From Anaerolineae bacterium (GTDB lineage Bacteria; Chloroflexota; Anaerolineae; JAAYZQ01), in the NCBI GenBank assembly GCA_034435455.1, contig DAOTXL010000077.1, positions 9,344-73,343 on the forward strand: 64,000 bases of DNA, in the 5' to 3' direction. Below are positions 18,530-27,791 of this stretch, piece by piece. The notes below the pieces were generated by a model. That model ran no database searches. It was not told the DNA's origin and was given only the letters and a program-made list of their open reading frames with translations. Numbering within the stretch: the stretch's first letter is position 1; each line of letters opens with the position of its first letter. The translations under genes were made by a program, and so were the position numbers.

Positions 18530-20023
18530 TTAATAATTGAAGCCGTTGTACACCTGGCCGACGTCGCCGATGTTGCCCAACTCGTAGCCGCGCTCGTTGA
18601 CGATAGCGCTGAGCTTCATGCCCGCAGTACCAACGACCGTGACACTACCAGTCCAGCGGTCAGGATAGGAGGCCGAGACACTACCGCAGGAACTGGTGTT
18701 GCAGCCGGTCAGAGTCTGGGCCGGGCAGGTCGGATCGGCGGCGCAGCCGGGCGGCCACTGGAACAGATTCACGCTCGCGCCAGCGCCCAGGGTGTAACCG
18801 GTGATGTCAAAGTCGATGCTGCCGGTGCCAGGTGTGCCAATAAAGTGGATGTCAACCGTGCCGGCCGCGCCGTCGTTCTTGACGGCAAAACCGGTGCTCA
18901 CCCCCCAGTAGTTGCGGGCTACAAAGGGCAGGCTCAGGTTAGCCGTCGTGCCATCGGCGTAGATGCCGCTGTAGGTCATGGCCACTGCGCCAGGAAAGTC
19001 GCGCTGACTGACAATGGACGTCCCGCTGCCGGTGGTAAAGTCCACCGTGCCGTAATACAGAACATTGTTGCTCAGAGCTGTCAGGTCCTTGACGAACAGG
19101 GCTTTCGATTCCCACTGGTTCAGGGTAAAGGGCTCGGTGTGGACCAGGGTGCTATCCGGCGCGTAGATCAGGATGTTGCCAGCAGTACCGTCCTGCGAGG
19201 CGATCACTTGAATGCCGGTCCAGTAATTGTAATAGTTCTTCATCAGGCCAGGCAGGCTGCTAGCCGCGTCGGCCGGGATCTTGTCGACTGCCACAGCGTC
19301 AAAGGTGAGCAAAGCACCAGGGACGTTGCCACCCGCGGGCTTCTGATTGATCGTACCAGCCAGCGGCGCACCGTCCTGCGAGGTGGCAATGGCCACACCC
19401 ATCCAGTTGGCCGGCAGATCGGTGTCGGTCGCCATGTCATAGTAGTAGGACGAGTAGGCCTTGATCGTGACATTGCTGAGGGTCTTACCCAGGGTGCTGG
19501 GCGGAACACCGTTCACCGAGCCATAGAACTCGATATCTACCACCGTATCCGTCGCCCCGGCGTTCTGGATGGCAAAGTCGCCGGTAAAGCCATAGACGTT
19601 GGAGCTAAAGATACCGGGCAGGATCAACGGATTGCCGACCCTGGAATCTGGGGTGCCGACGTAGGCACCCGAGGCATAGTTAGGAAGCGGCTCAGCGATA
19701 TTAGCAATCACGGCAATCGGGCCAGTCGACTCGATCACCACCGAGCCTTGCCAGCTCGTGAGGCTTCCATCGTTGCCGATGCAGTCCGAGGTGGGGCTGC
19801 CCGCACCCTGGTAGAAGGCTTTAGAACCACCAACCGGAATATTGTGCGGTCCTTCCTGGCATTGCACTGTGCCGTTCAGGTTGTAGTAGTAGACGGTGAC
19901 GTCCACAGCCGCAGTGTCCAGGTTCTGGATCTGGAAGCCGGTGGTCCGGGGGCCACCAGCCATGGCCACACTGACCAGGCTGACTACGAGTACCAGTGCG
20001 ATTAGAACGCTAACCTTTTTCAT
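18530..20023 (-). CDS. Secreted S-layer-like protein, paralogue B (four ~110-aa beta repeats)
   Basis: Sec signal MKKVSVLIALVLVVSLVSVAMA; Gly/Thr/Asn/Tyr-rich repeats LP..F.IQN.G...V.I..Y; ends YNGFNY; near-consensus promoter. Confidence 0.65.
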   Translation of the reverse strand: MKKVSVLIALVLVVSLVSVAMAGGPRTTGFQIQNLDTAAVDVTVYYYNLNGTVQCQEGPHNIPVGGSKAFYQGAGSPTSDCIGNDGSLTSWQGSVVIESTGPIAVIANIAEPLPNYASGAYVGTPDSRVGNPLILPGIFSSNVYGFTGDFAIQNAGATDTVVDIEFYGSVNGVPPSTLGKTLSNVTIKAYSSYYYDMATDTDLPANWMGVAIATSQDGAPLAGTINQKPAGGNVPGALLTFDAVAVDKIPADAASSLPGLMKNYYNYWTGIQVIASQDGTAGNILIYAPDSTLVHTEPFTLNQWESKALFVKDLTALSNNVLYYGTVDFTTGSGTSIVSQRDFPGAVAMTYSGIYADGTTANLSLPFVARNYWGVSTGFAVKNDGAAGTVDIHFIGTPGTGSIDFDITGYTLGAGASVNLFQWPPGCAADPTCPAQTLTGCNTSSCGSVSASYPDRWTGSVTVVGTAGMKLSAIVNERGYELGNIGDVGQVYNGFNY

Positions 20024-20167
20024 TTCGAAACGCTCCTCCCAAGATTGTTAGTTTGATGAACAGAATTCCTACGTCTGGATCTTCATCACACAATACTGAA
20101 CTGATATGGTCTTCCTCCTTTCATTGGCTCAAATTGAGCAGTCACAACATTACAATTCACAGTCTCT

Positions 20168-20196
20168 AGTATACGAGGAGGGAACTAGAAAGTCAA
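20168..20196 (-). promoter_or_regulatory. Near-consensus promoter of S-layer-like paralogue B
   Basis: TTGACT-N17-TATACT. Confidence 0.7.
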
Positions 20197-20204
20197 TAAC
20201 CCGT

Positions 20205-20233
20205 TTGGAGTGTTTTGGCCGCTGTGCTATAGT
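20205..20233 (+). promoter_or_regulatory. Divergent plus-strand promoter-like sequence
   Basis: TTGGAG-N17-TATAGT with extended-10 TG; no plus-strand gene follows. Confidence 0.4.
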
Positions 20234-20319
20234 TTGGGGAGAAAAAGCATAACCCATATGGGTTATCAGGGGGGGAGAGAGGTAAATAAGAGCCCATCCG
20301 AGAAACTGGGCGGGACGTC

Positions 20320-20353
20320 ATCCTGCCGCAGGTTCTAGAACCTGCGGCAGGAT
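20320..20353. repeat. Perfect 34-bp palindrome (REP-like or bidirectional terminator)
   Basis: atcctgccgcaggttct|agaacctgcggcaggat; the same CCGCAGGTT/AACCTGCGG core recurs at 48970..49051. Confidence 0.75.
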
Positions 20354-20469
20354 TTGAAGGTGAGGGCTGGAGCTGGCGACTTTGCCGCCAGCCCCAGCCT
20401 CTCCTAATAAGGGCTATCACACCTGCCAGTAACTCTCTTTGAGACCGGGAGGATATGAGCAAGGGCAGT

Positions 20470-21969
20470 CTAATAATTGAAGGCGTTGTAGACCAGGCCC
20501 AGATCCCCGTTGACCGGTACCTCGTAGCCGCGCTCGTTGACGATAGAGCTGAGCGCCATACCTGCGCTGCCTTCCACCCGTACACTGCCGGTCCATTTCT
20601 CAGTGTAGGCAGCAGGATAGCTGCCGCAGCTCGCAGTCGTGCAGCCAGCGATATTGGGATGGACGGCGGCGCAGACTGGATCGACAGCACAGCCTGGCGG
20701 CCACTGAAACAGGTTCAGCGATTCCCCTGTGCCAAGCGCATAGCCGATGATCTGAAAGTCTCCACTGCCAGTCCCAGGGGTGCCCTCGAAGTAGATATTA
20801 ATGGTGCCGGCCGCACCGTCGTTCTTGACGGCAAAGCCGGTGCTCACCCCCCAAAAATTGCGAGCGACGAAGGGCAGACTGAGATTGGCGGTTGTACTCT
20901 CGGCAAAGATGCCACTGTAACCCAGGCCCGATGTGCCGGGAAAGTCCCGCTGGCTACCGATGGCTGCGCCCTTGCCCGACATGAACTCCACAGTGCCATA
21001 GTAGAGCACATCGTCCGACAGGCCTGGTAATTCACTGACAAACAAGGCTTTCGATTCCCACTGATCCAGGTCGAAGGGCTCGGTATGCATCAGCACACCG
21101 CCGGGCGCATAGATCTTGATGTTGCCGGTGGTATTGTTCTCCGTGGCGATGACCTGGACACCGGTCCAGTAGTTGTAGTAATCCTTCATCAAGCCTGGCA
21201 GGCTGCTATTGGCATTGGCCGGGATCTTGTCCGCTGCCACGGCATCAAAGGTGAACAGGGCGCCGGCCACGCCACCTGCTGGCCGTTGGTTCACTGTGCC
21301 CGCCAGCGGCGCACCGTTCCGTGGGATGACGACGGCTACGCCAATCCAGTTCACCGGCAGGTCGGTATCAATCTCCATGTCATAGTAAAAGGAAGCGTTT
21401 TTCTCGATCACCTGACCGGTGATCTCTTTTGTCGTGCAGTCACTGGGCGGAACCCCGTCCACTGAGCCGCAGAACATGATGTCTACAGTGGTGCTCACGC
21501 CCCCCGCGTTCTGGATCACAAAATCGGAGGTGAAGCCATAGGTGTGAGAACTGAGCAACCCAGGCAGGATCAGTGGCTGGCCGACCCGGATATCCGGCGT
21601 GCCGTTGTAGGCACCAGCGGCGTACTCTGTCTCCTCGCGGAGGTTGGCGATCACTGCCAGTGGCTGGTCGGTTTCGATCACTGCTGAACCCAGCCAGGAG
21701 ACAAGGCTTGTGTCTCTGCCAATGCAATCGGCGATGGGACTGGTCTCCCACCCCTGGAAGAATGACTTGGAGCCACCGACGGGGATGCTATGTGGCCCTT
21801 CCGTGCACTGAAGTGAGCCGTCGGTATTGTAGTAATAGATAGTCACCTCAGCCGGTCCGGTACCTAAATTCTGGATCTGGAAGCCGGTGTTGCGTGGGCC
21901 AGCGGCCAGAGCTACGCTCGCCAGACAGATGATCAGCACACAAACGATCATAAATCCAGCCTTTTTCAT
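20470..21969 (-). CDS. Secreted S-layer-like protein, paralogue A
   Basis: Colinear and strongly similar to 18530..20023 (GFQIQNL, SLPGLMK.YYNYWTG, NLSLPFVARN.WGVSTGFAVKNDG, ends YNAFNY). Confidence 0.65.
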   Translation of the reverse strand: MKKAGFMIVCVLIICLASVALAAGPRNTGFQIQNLGTGPAEVTIYYYNTDGSLQCTEGPHSIPVGGSKSFFQGWETSPIADCIGRDTSLVSWLGSAVIETDQPLAVIANLREETEYAAGAYNGTPDIRVGQPLILPGLLSSHTYGFTSDFVIQNAGGVSTTVDIMFCGSVDGVPPSDCTTKEITGQVIEKNASFYYDMEIDTDLPVNWIGVAVVIPRNGAPLAGTVNQRPAGGVAGALFTFDAVAADKIPANANSSLPGLMKDYYNYWTGVQVIATENNTTGNIKIYAPGGVLMHTEPFDLDQWESKALFVSELPGLSDDVLYYGTVEFMSGKGAAIGSQRDFPGTSGLGYSGIFAESTTANLSLPFVARNFWGVSTGFAVKNDGAAGTINIYFEGTPGTGSGDFQIIGYALGTGESLNLFQWPPGCAVDPVCAAVHPNIAGCTTASCGSYPAAYTEKWTGSVRVEGSAGMALSSIVNERGYEVPVNGDLGLVYNAFNY

Positions 21970-22107
21970 CCTATCCTCCTATTTCATACGATATTCCAAA
22001 AATTCGCCGTTTAATGACGGCCCTCCTCCCCAGCCTCGGTGATGATGGCGTAGTAGTGTACCAAACAGTGAGTAACTGACAGGAATTACGCAATAGACAG
22101 CATTCTC

Positions 22108-22169
22108 ACCACAAAGACACGAAGGCAAAGATTTCCTGGTGATCCTTTGTGTCCTGGTGCCTTTGTGGT
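22108..22169. repeat. REP-like palindrome (ACCACAAAG...CTTTGTGGT)
   Basis: accacaaagacacgaaggc ... tttgtgtcctggtgcctttgtggt, imperfect inverted repeat in the paralogue A leader. Confidence 0.6.
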
Positions 22170-22314
22170 AAGCCTGCCGGGTCAACTGCACGACTCCTGA
22201 CACTTGAGCCAACAAGGTTGGTCGCAGATTGGCTAAGAGTTTCTACAGCGCAAGGCCGTAACGAAACGATCTGCCTCTCAGGAGTAGCTCGATGGTCAGT
22301 CAGTGTCAGAAACA

Positions 22315-22343
22315 AGTATATACAATCGGGGCAGTAGAGTCAA
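22315..22343 (-). promoter_or_regulatory. Near-consensus promoter of S-layer-like paralogue A
   Basis: TTGACT-N17-TATACT, the same hexamers as at 20168..20196; implies a ~340-nt 5' UTR. Confidence 0.65.
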
Positions 22344-22379
22344 TCATCCCTTGGGAGTATTTGGGGGCTGATTTGCCGG

Positions 22380-23324
22380 CTACAACAGGAGGAAAAGGGT
22401 CAGGCCGATCAGTTCAGCGGTTAACAACCACAGCCGCGAGGCCAGCGCCGCCACGGCGCCCACCGGTCCAGGCAACAACCAACTGAGCATCAAGGCCAGT
22501 GTGGCTTCACGCACGCCCAGGCCGCTGGGCGCCAGCAGCGCCAGGAAACCGATGGTGTGAGCCAGGTTGACCATGCCAACCAGCACCGGCCACAGGTAGA
22601 ACGGCACCGGGTAGAGAGCACGCACGAAAAAAAAGAAGGCGCTGCCGCCGACAATGGCTCCAGCGACGTAACCGGCCAACACGGCCAACAGCCAGCGCGG
22701 CTGAAGGTCTGGCGGCGGCAGGTCTGTTTTGCCCTGCAAGCGCGCCACCCAGCCCATCATCCGCCGCAGGACGGCCGGATGGAGCAGTAGCAGCCCAACC
22801 GGCAGCACCAGCAGCGCCCAGTAAAACGGCGCGGCCTGGGCCAGCCAGAAGGGCAAGGATAGCAGGAATACCAGCACCTGGGCCAGCAAGCTCAAGACCG
22901 TCTCCAGCACCAACCCCAGAGCGGTCTGTCTGGGCGGCACACCCTGTCCGGCAAAAAGATAGATGCGGCTGAAATAGTTCCACACGCTGCCAGGCAGATA
23001 GCGGCTGAGCTGCGAGGTGTACCACAGCCGCACCGAGATGCGCCAGCCCATCTCGGCGCGGAGCACATCCTGCACGATGCGCCACCAGAAAAAAGCGGGG
23101 AAAAAGAAGGTGGGCACGATGAGGGCCAGCGATAGGGCCAGGTAGACAGGATCGAAGGTAAACTGATGGGCCGCCACCTGTTGCCAGTGGACGTACAGGT
23201 AGCGAACCAGGCAGGCCAGCAGCAGTAGACTGAACAGGTAGCCGATGAGCGAGCGATGTTTCCTGATCCGGCTCAGGACAGCATGGGCGTGGGTCGCCAG
23301 CCCAAGGCGTTCGAGCCAGGTCAT
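22380..23324 (-). CDS. Lysylphosphatidylglycerol-synthase-TM/AglD2-like membrane protein (putative glycolipid flippase)
   Basis: Start at ATG 23324 (ATGA overlap); ~8 TM helices; SQLSRYLPGSVW and APSGLGVREA motifs. Confidence 0.8.
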   Translation of the reverse strand: MTWLERLGLATHAHAVLSRIRKHRSLIGYLFSLLLLACLVRYLYVHWQQVAAHQFTFDPVYLALSLALIVPTFFFPAFFWWRIVQDVLRAEMGWRISVRLWYTSQLSRYLPGSVWNYFSRIYLFAGQGVPPRQTALGLVLETVLSLLAQVLVFLLSLPFWLAQAAPFYWALLVLPVGLLLLHPAVLRRMMGWVARLQGKTDLPPPDLQPRWLLAVLAGYVAGAIVGGSAFFFFVRALYPVPFYLWPVLVGMVNLAHTIGFLALLAPSGLGVREATLALMLSWLLPGPVGAVAALASRLWLLTAELIGLTLFLLL

Positions 23325-24118
23325 GTTCGCCCACCTGCCGGCCAGGCCAGGGCGAACAGGTCGTTGCATAGCATCCACTTGAAGGGGTAGAGGGCACACA
23401 GCCAATCCGCAATGGCACCCAGGCGGCCGTGCTGCCCGGCGTAGGGTTGCACGTTGGTTGCCCAAACCCGTGCCCGGAACCCGGCCCGGCGCAGGCTGGC
23501 CCGCAGGCTGAGCACATCCTGCTCGTTGACGTGCATGGCGGTGTGGTACGTGAATCGTTCGCGCGGATTGGCCGGGAGCTTCTGGCCGTTCAGCCGTTGC
23601 AGCAGCCGGTACAGCGGATAGCCAAAGCGATAATACCAGCGGTTGGGCATAGTGTGGATCAACAACCGCCCGTCTGGCTTGAGCACACGCCGGGCCTCGG
23701 CCAGGGCGCAGTTCAGCTCCCAGGGATGCAGGTGCTCCACCAGGTCGAGCATCAGCACCCGGTCGAAGCGAGCAGTGGCATAGGGCAGGGCTTTGGCCTC
23801 ACCACGTTGGATGTGGACTACATCGCCCAGGCCATTGGTAATGGCCGCCTGGCGGGCAATGCTTACCGCCGCCGCCGAAAAATCGAGCCCCCAGGCACGC
23901 ACCCCTCGTCCCGCGCCCCAGACCAGCACCTCGCCCCGGCCGCAGCCCAGGTCGAGCACCGTCTGATCAGGATGCACGTTAGCCAGATCCCAGGCAGCCT
24001 GCAACCGGGCCGAGATACCGGCGCCAGCCGAGGCTGTGAACTCGTCATACCCCTCGCAGGTTTCAAAATAGGCCGCGTCGTACAGCGTCGAGGGGACTGG
24101 CTGTGGCTCGCCCTTCAA
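23321..24118 (-). CDS. Class I SAM-dependent methyltransferase
   Basis: VLDLGCGRGE, GLDFS, FDRVLMLDLVEHL, VLKPDG. Confidence 0.88.
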   Translation of the reverse strand: MKGEPQPVPSTLYDAAYFETCEGYDEFTASAGAGISARLQAAWDLANVHPDQTVLDLGCGRGEVLVWGAGRGVRAWGLDFSAAAVSIARQAAITNGLGDVVHIQRGEAKALPYATARFDRVLMLDLVEHLHPWELNCALAEARRVLKPDGRLLIHTMPNRWYYRFGYPLYRLLQRLNGQKLPANPRERFTYHTAMHVNEQDVLSLRASLRRAGFRARVWATNVQPYAGQHGRLGAIADWLCALYPFKWMLCNDLFALAWPAGGRT

Positions 24119-24720
24119 CTGGCGTCTCCGTGGGGATCACTTTCCTTCAGGAATTGCTGGAGCGAGGCCCGCGCCCCCGACCACTCGATGCGGTGCCCTT
24201 CCCAGTCGGGAAAATGCCAGTAGCGGGTGCGGCCGTCGTTCCGGGCCAGGTCACGCTCCATGCGCGCCAGGTAACGCTCCCGCAGCTCCTCCACTGTCAT
24301 GACCACGCGGGCCGGTACGCCCATGACGACGGTGCCCGGCGGCACGTCCTTGGTCACCAACGAGCAGGCACCCACCAGCGCCCCGGCGCCAACCGTCACG
24401 CCGCAGAGAATGGTCGAGCGGTGGCCGATGACGCAGCCCTCCTTCAGCGTCACCTTGGAGAAACGCACCGGCACGCCGTGGCCGGGACTGGCCAGCATCA
24501 CCGAGGCGTCGTGCAGGATGATGTGCGTCTGCTCGCCGATCTGCACCCGGTCCTCGATCTCCAGATAGCGGGCGAATTTGCGCTCGATGGTCACCCGGTC
24601 GCCGACCCACACCTGCCGGCCGATTTTGGCCCCGCGCCAGCGCAGGGGCGCTAACCGTAGGGCCATCTTGAGGCGCAGCCAGAGAGCACGCAAGGAATAG
24701 AGAATCCGTTTCATCGTCAT
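24115..24720 (-). CDS. Hexapeptide-repeat (LbH) O-acyltransferase
   Basis: GAKIGRQVWVG, VTLKEGCVIGHRSTILCGVTVGAGALVGACSLVTKDVP...GVPARV. Confidence 0.88.
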   Translation of the reverse strand: MTMKRILYSLRALWLRLKMALRLAPLRWRGAKIGRQVWVGDRVTIERKFARYLEIEDRVQIGEQTHIILHDASVMLASPGHGVPVRFSKVTLKEGCVIGHRSTILCGVTVGAGALVGACSLVTKDVPPGTVVMGVPARVVMTVEELRERYLARMERDLARNDGRTRYWHFPDWEGHRIEWSGARASLQQFLKESDPHGDAS

Positions 24721-24756
24721 TTACCTCGTCGTGGTGGGGCAAGTTGGCAACCTGCC

Positions 24757-26202
24757 CTATGCCAGCACGCTGGACAGCTTGCGTTTGAGCAGCAATAGAA
24801 ACCGCCGCCAGTAAAAGCCGGCGCGTGGCGGCGGCAGCAGGATGCGCCGGCTGGTGGTCAGCTCCGAGCTGAGCATCCCCAGGGCAAAATAGAGTTTGTT
24901 CAACGGCAGTTTAAATAGCCAGGGCGCAATGGGCAGCAGCCACGGCGCTTTGACCACGACGTTGAACAGGTGGCTCAGGTTCTCCACCTGCCGCCGCTCG
25001 CCCGGTTCCATCTTGATGACCGTCTCGTGGAACAGGGTCAGCGGGATGTCGTCCACCGTCGTGCCGATCAACCCCCGCTCCTCGGCAAAGCGGCGGATCT
25101 GGGTGCCGGGGTAGGGTTGCAACAGCCCCGCCGACGAGGCGTAGGGTTTGAGCGCCACGTTCAGGCGTAACGTCTCCAGGTCGGCAGCCAGGTTGCCGGT
25201 GGGGATGCCCACGATGTTAGAGGTGTAGAGCAGGATGCCATGCCGCCGCACGATCTCGGCCGCTTCGACGATCTGCTCGGTGCTCATGTTGCGCTTGAGC
25301 ACCTCGTTTCGCAGGCGTGGGTCAGCCGTTTCCACGCCCATTGTCACCGAATGGCAGCCTGCTTCTCGCAGCAGGCGGATCAGGTCGTCGGTCACCAGGT
25401 TGGCCCGCACGTTGGCCGAGAACTTGAGGCCCACCTCACGGGCAAAACGCGGCGCAAACTCCTCGATCCAGGATTGCATGACAATAAAGGTGTCGTCCAC
25501 GAAATTGATGAACGTCGTGCCCTCGGCCTTAAGTGCCGCCGCCTCGGCGACGACGTTGTCCACGCTGCGGCGCCGCACCTTGCGCCAGGCGTGGCCATAA
25601 ATATCCATGTAGGCGTGGTTGAAACAGTAGGTGCAATCGTAGGGGCAGCCCCGGCCAGTAATCACGGTGTGCATGGTGCGGAAGCGGCGATAGGCCTTCA
25701 GGTACTCCGACAGCCCACGGTCGGGGAAAGGCAGGCGGTCCAGGTCATGGATCAGCGGCCGGGGCGGGTTCTTGTAGACCTGCCCGTCCTGGCGGATCCA
25801 CCAGTTGGCCACGCCAGTTACCGGCTGCCCTGCCTCCAGCCGCTCCACCAGCTCCAGCAGCGCCTCCTCCCCCTCGCCGATGCACACGCCGTCCACTGCC
25901 TCTTCCTCCTCGATGAGCTGCGGGAAAAAGGTGGCGTGCGGCCCGCCACAGGCGGCGAAAAAGTTCATCTGCTGCTTCAACCGGCGGTTTAAGGCCAGTT
26001 GCTCCTGATGCCAGCCGGTGAGCATGTTGTAACCGATCAGGCGCGGCCGGTACTCGCCGGCAATGGCTGCTACATTCTCCTCAGCGATGGAGGCCAGGCG
26101 CACCTGGTGGCCGGCCCCCTTGAGCACTGCCGACAGATATTCCACACCTAACGGTTCCGTCCGGGCGTCGCTGATGACGAATAGAATCCTCATCTCACTC
26201 AT
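24757..26202 (-). CDS. Cobalamin-binding radical SAM enzyme (class B methyltransferase-like)
   Basis: Start MSEMRILF at 26202; EPLGVEYLSAVL, GGPHAT, IGEGE, TGRGCPYDCTYC, FVDDTF, MGVET. Confidence 0.88.
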   Translation of the reverse strand: MSEMRILFVISDARTEPLGVEYLSAVLKGAGHQVRLASIAEENVAAIAGEYRPRLIGYNMLTGWHQEQLALNRRLKQQMNFFAACGGPHATFFPQLIEEEEAVDGVCIGEGEEALLELVERLEAGQPVTGVANWWIRQDGQVYKNPPRPLIHDLDRLPFPDRGLSEYLKAYRRFRTMHTVITGRGCPYDCTYCFNHAYMDIYGHAWRKVRRRSVDNVVAEAAALKAEGTTFINFVDDTFIVMQSWIEEFAPRFAREVGLKFSANVRANLVTDDLIRLLREAGCHSVTMGVETADPRLRNEVLKRNMSTEQIVEAAEIVRRHGILLYTSNIVGIPTGNLAADLETLRLNVALKPYASSAGLLQPYPGTQIRRFAEERGLIGTTVDDIPLTLFHETVIKMEPGERRQVENLSHLFNVVVKAPWLLPIAPWLFKLPLNKLYFALGMLSSELTTSRRILLPPPRAGFYWRRFLLLLKRKLSSVLA

Positions 26203-27791
26203 CCAACCTTCCCAGTTTTTGGGCCCAGGTGCAACGCACCAGCAAGCCAGCCAACCAGCCGCTGCGCCTCGTCCAGCCGCAGCGCCAGCACGACCGCCCC
26301 GTAGACCGCCCCGGCGGCGGCCAAAGCCAGGCCCAGCACCGTCCCTTGGGCCAGCAGTCCGGCACCGGCCGGTCGTGGCTCCAACAGCCTGGCCACCAGC
26401 TGGCCGGCCAGCGCCGCCGCCAGCGCCCCGGCGACGATCTTGAACAGATCGCGTCCCAGGCAGCCCGGCTCCAGCCCTTCGATCCGGCGCAGCAACAGGC
26501 CCCAAACCAGCAAACAGGTGACCCACGCCGCCAGCGACGTGCCCAGTGTCAGGCCAGACACACCTAACGCTGGCCCCAGCAGAGCATCGAGGGCAGCGTT
26601 CAGGCCCAACCCGCCGGCCAGGATGATCACCGGCGGCCACACCTCGCGCCGGGCGAAAAGGGCATAGAGCGCCACGTACAGCAGCGCCCAGGCCACTAAG
26701 GCGGGCATCAGGCCGAGCAATGCCCCGGCCACGGCAGCTGTCTGCTCCGGGCCAAAGCGGCCTCGTTGCAGCACGGCGCGGATGATGTTTTCGCGCAGGG
26801 CCAGCGCCCCGGCAGCCAGCGGCAGCACGGTCATGGCCACTGTGGTCAGGACCGTCCGCAGTCGTGCGGCGAACTCTGCCCAACGGCCCAGCGCCGCCAG
26901 GTCGGACAACGCCGGAAAAGCGGCCGTCGCCGCCGACAGGGCGAAGGTGCTGACGATCAGCTTGTCGAAATCGGCAGCGTATTCCAGCACCGAAACGCTG
27001 CCGGCGGGCAGGTAGGAGGCGAACAAGCGATCAACCATGATGTTGACCTGCACGGTGACGACGGCCAGGGTCATGCCCAACAGCAGCTCGCCGCTGCGCC
27101 ACACGCCTGTCTCGCGTAGGTCAAGCACAGGTTGGTAGTGGGGCTGCACACCGCGCAGGGCGATGATCTGCACCGCCAGGGCCACCACCCCGCCCAGCAG
27201 CGTGCCCCAGGCCACAGCGTAGACCCCGATCCGCTGCTGCAGCAACAACACCGTGCTCAGCAGTGCCAGGCTGCCCAGGACGTAGGCCAGGTTGGGCAGG
27301 AAAAAACGCCGGAAGAAATAGAGCACGCTCTTGACCATGGCCGAGGCGCTGGCCAGACCGACTATCGGCAACTGCACAAGCAGCAGCGAAACGGCCAGGC
27401 GGTGGGTCTCGACGTCGAAACCGGGGGCCAGGGCGATGACAAGCGGCCCGGCGGCCAGCGCACCGGCGATCACAATGACCAGGGCGAGCAACACCGTAGC
27501 GTTGCCTAGCGAGCTGGCCACGTGCCAGGCTTGTGCCTCCTCGCCGCGTGCGTAATATTCGCTGAAGAGGGGCACAAAGACCAGGCTCAGCGAGCCGGCG
27601 GTCAGCATGTTAATGACCACATTAGGTACCGAGACTGACACCAGGTAGGCGTCCAGAGCACTGCTGGTGCCGAAAAGGTAGGCCAGCAGCGCCTGCTGGA
27701 ACACACCCAGCGCCTTGAGTGTCAGACTCAAAGCCAGCAGAATGGCTGTCGCGCCGTAAAAGTCAGCCCGGCCAAGCTTTTGGGCGCTCAT
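26199..27791 (-). CDS. murJ: MurJ/MviN-family (MOP) lipid-linked glycan flippase
   Basis: LAYLFGTSSALDAY, LAPGFD, QVNIMVDRLFASYLPAGSVSVLEYA, AAFPALS; ~14 TM helices. Confidence 0.82.
   Translation of the reverse strand: MSAQKLGRADFYGATAILLALSLTLKALGVFQQALLAYLFGTSSALDAYLVSVSVPNVVINMLTAGSLSLVFVPLFSEYYARGEEAQAWHVASSLGNATVLLALVIVIAGALAAGPLVIALAPGFDVETHRLAVSLLLVQLPIVGLASASAMVKSVLYFFRRFFLPNLAYVLGSLALLSTVLLLQQRIGVYAVAWGTLLGGVVALAVQIIALRGVQPHYQPVLDLRETGVWRSGELLLGMTLAVVTVQVNIMVDRLFASYLPAGSVSVLEYAADFDKLIVSTFALSAATAAFPALSDLAALGRWAEFAARLRTVLTTVAMTVLPLAAGALALRENIIRAVLQRGRFGPEQTAAVAGALLGLMPALVAWALLYVALYALFARREVWPPVIILAGGLGLNAALDALLGPALGVSGLTLGTSLAAWVTCLLVWGLLLRRIEGLEPGCLGRDLFKIVAGALAAALAGQLVARLLEPRPAGAGLLAQGTVLGLALAAAGAVYGAVVLALRLDEAQRLVGWLAGALHLGPKTGKVG

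Noticed and set aside
20191-20270. GTCAATAACCC resembling an IS200/IS605 IscB omega-RNA 5' end
   Set aside because: No following terminal hairpin and no iscB/tnpB gene; the sequence is explained by the -35 box.
22190-22312. Partial resemblance to glycine or c-di-GMP riboswitch words (GAAACTCT, GACACTTGA)
   Set aside because: The core conserved elements and their order are missing; kept only as an unclassified structure.
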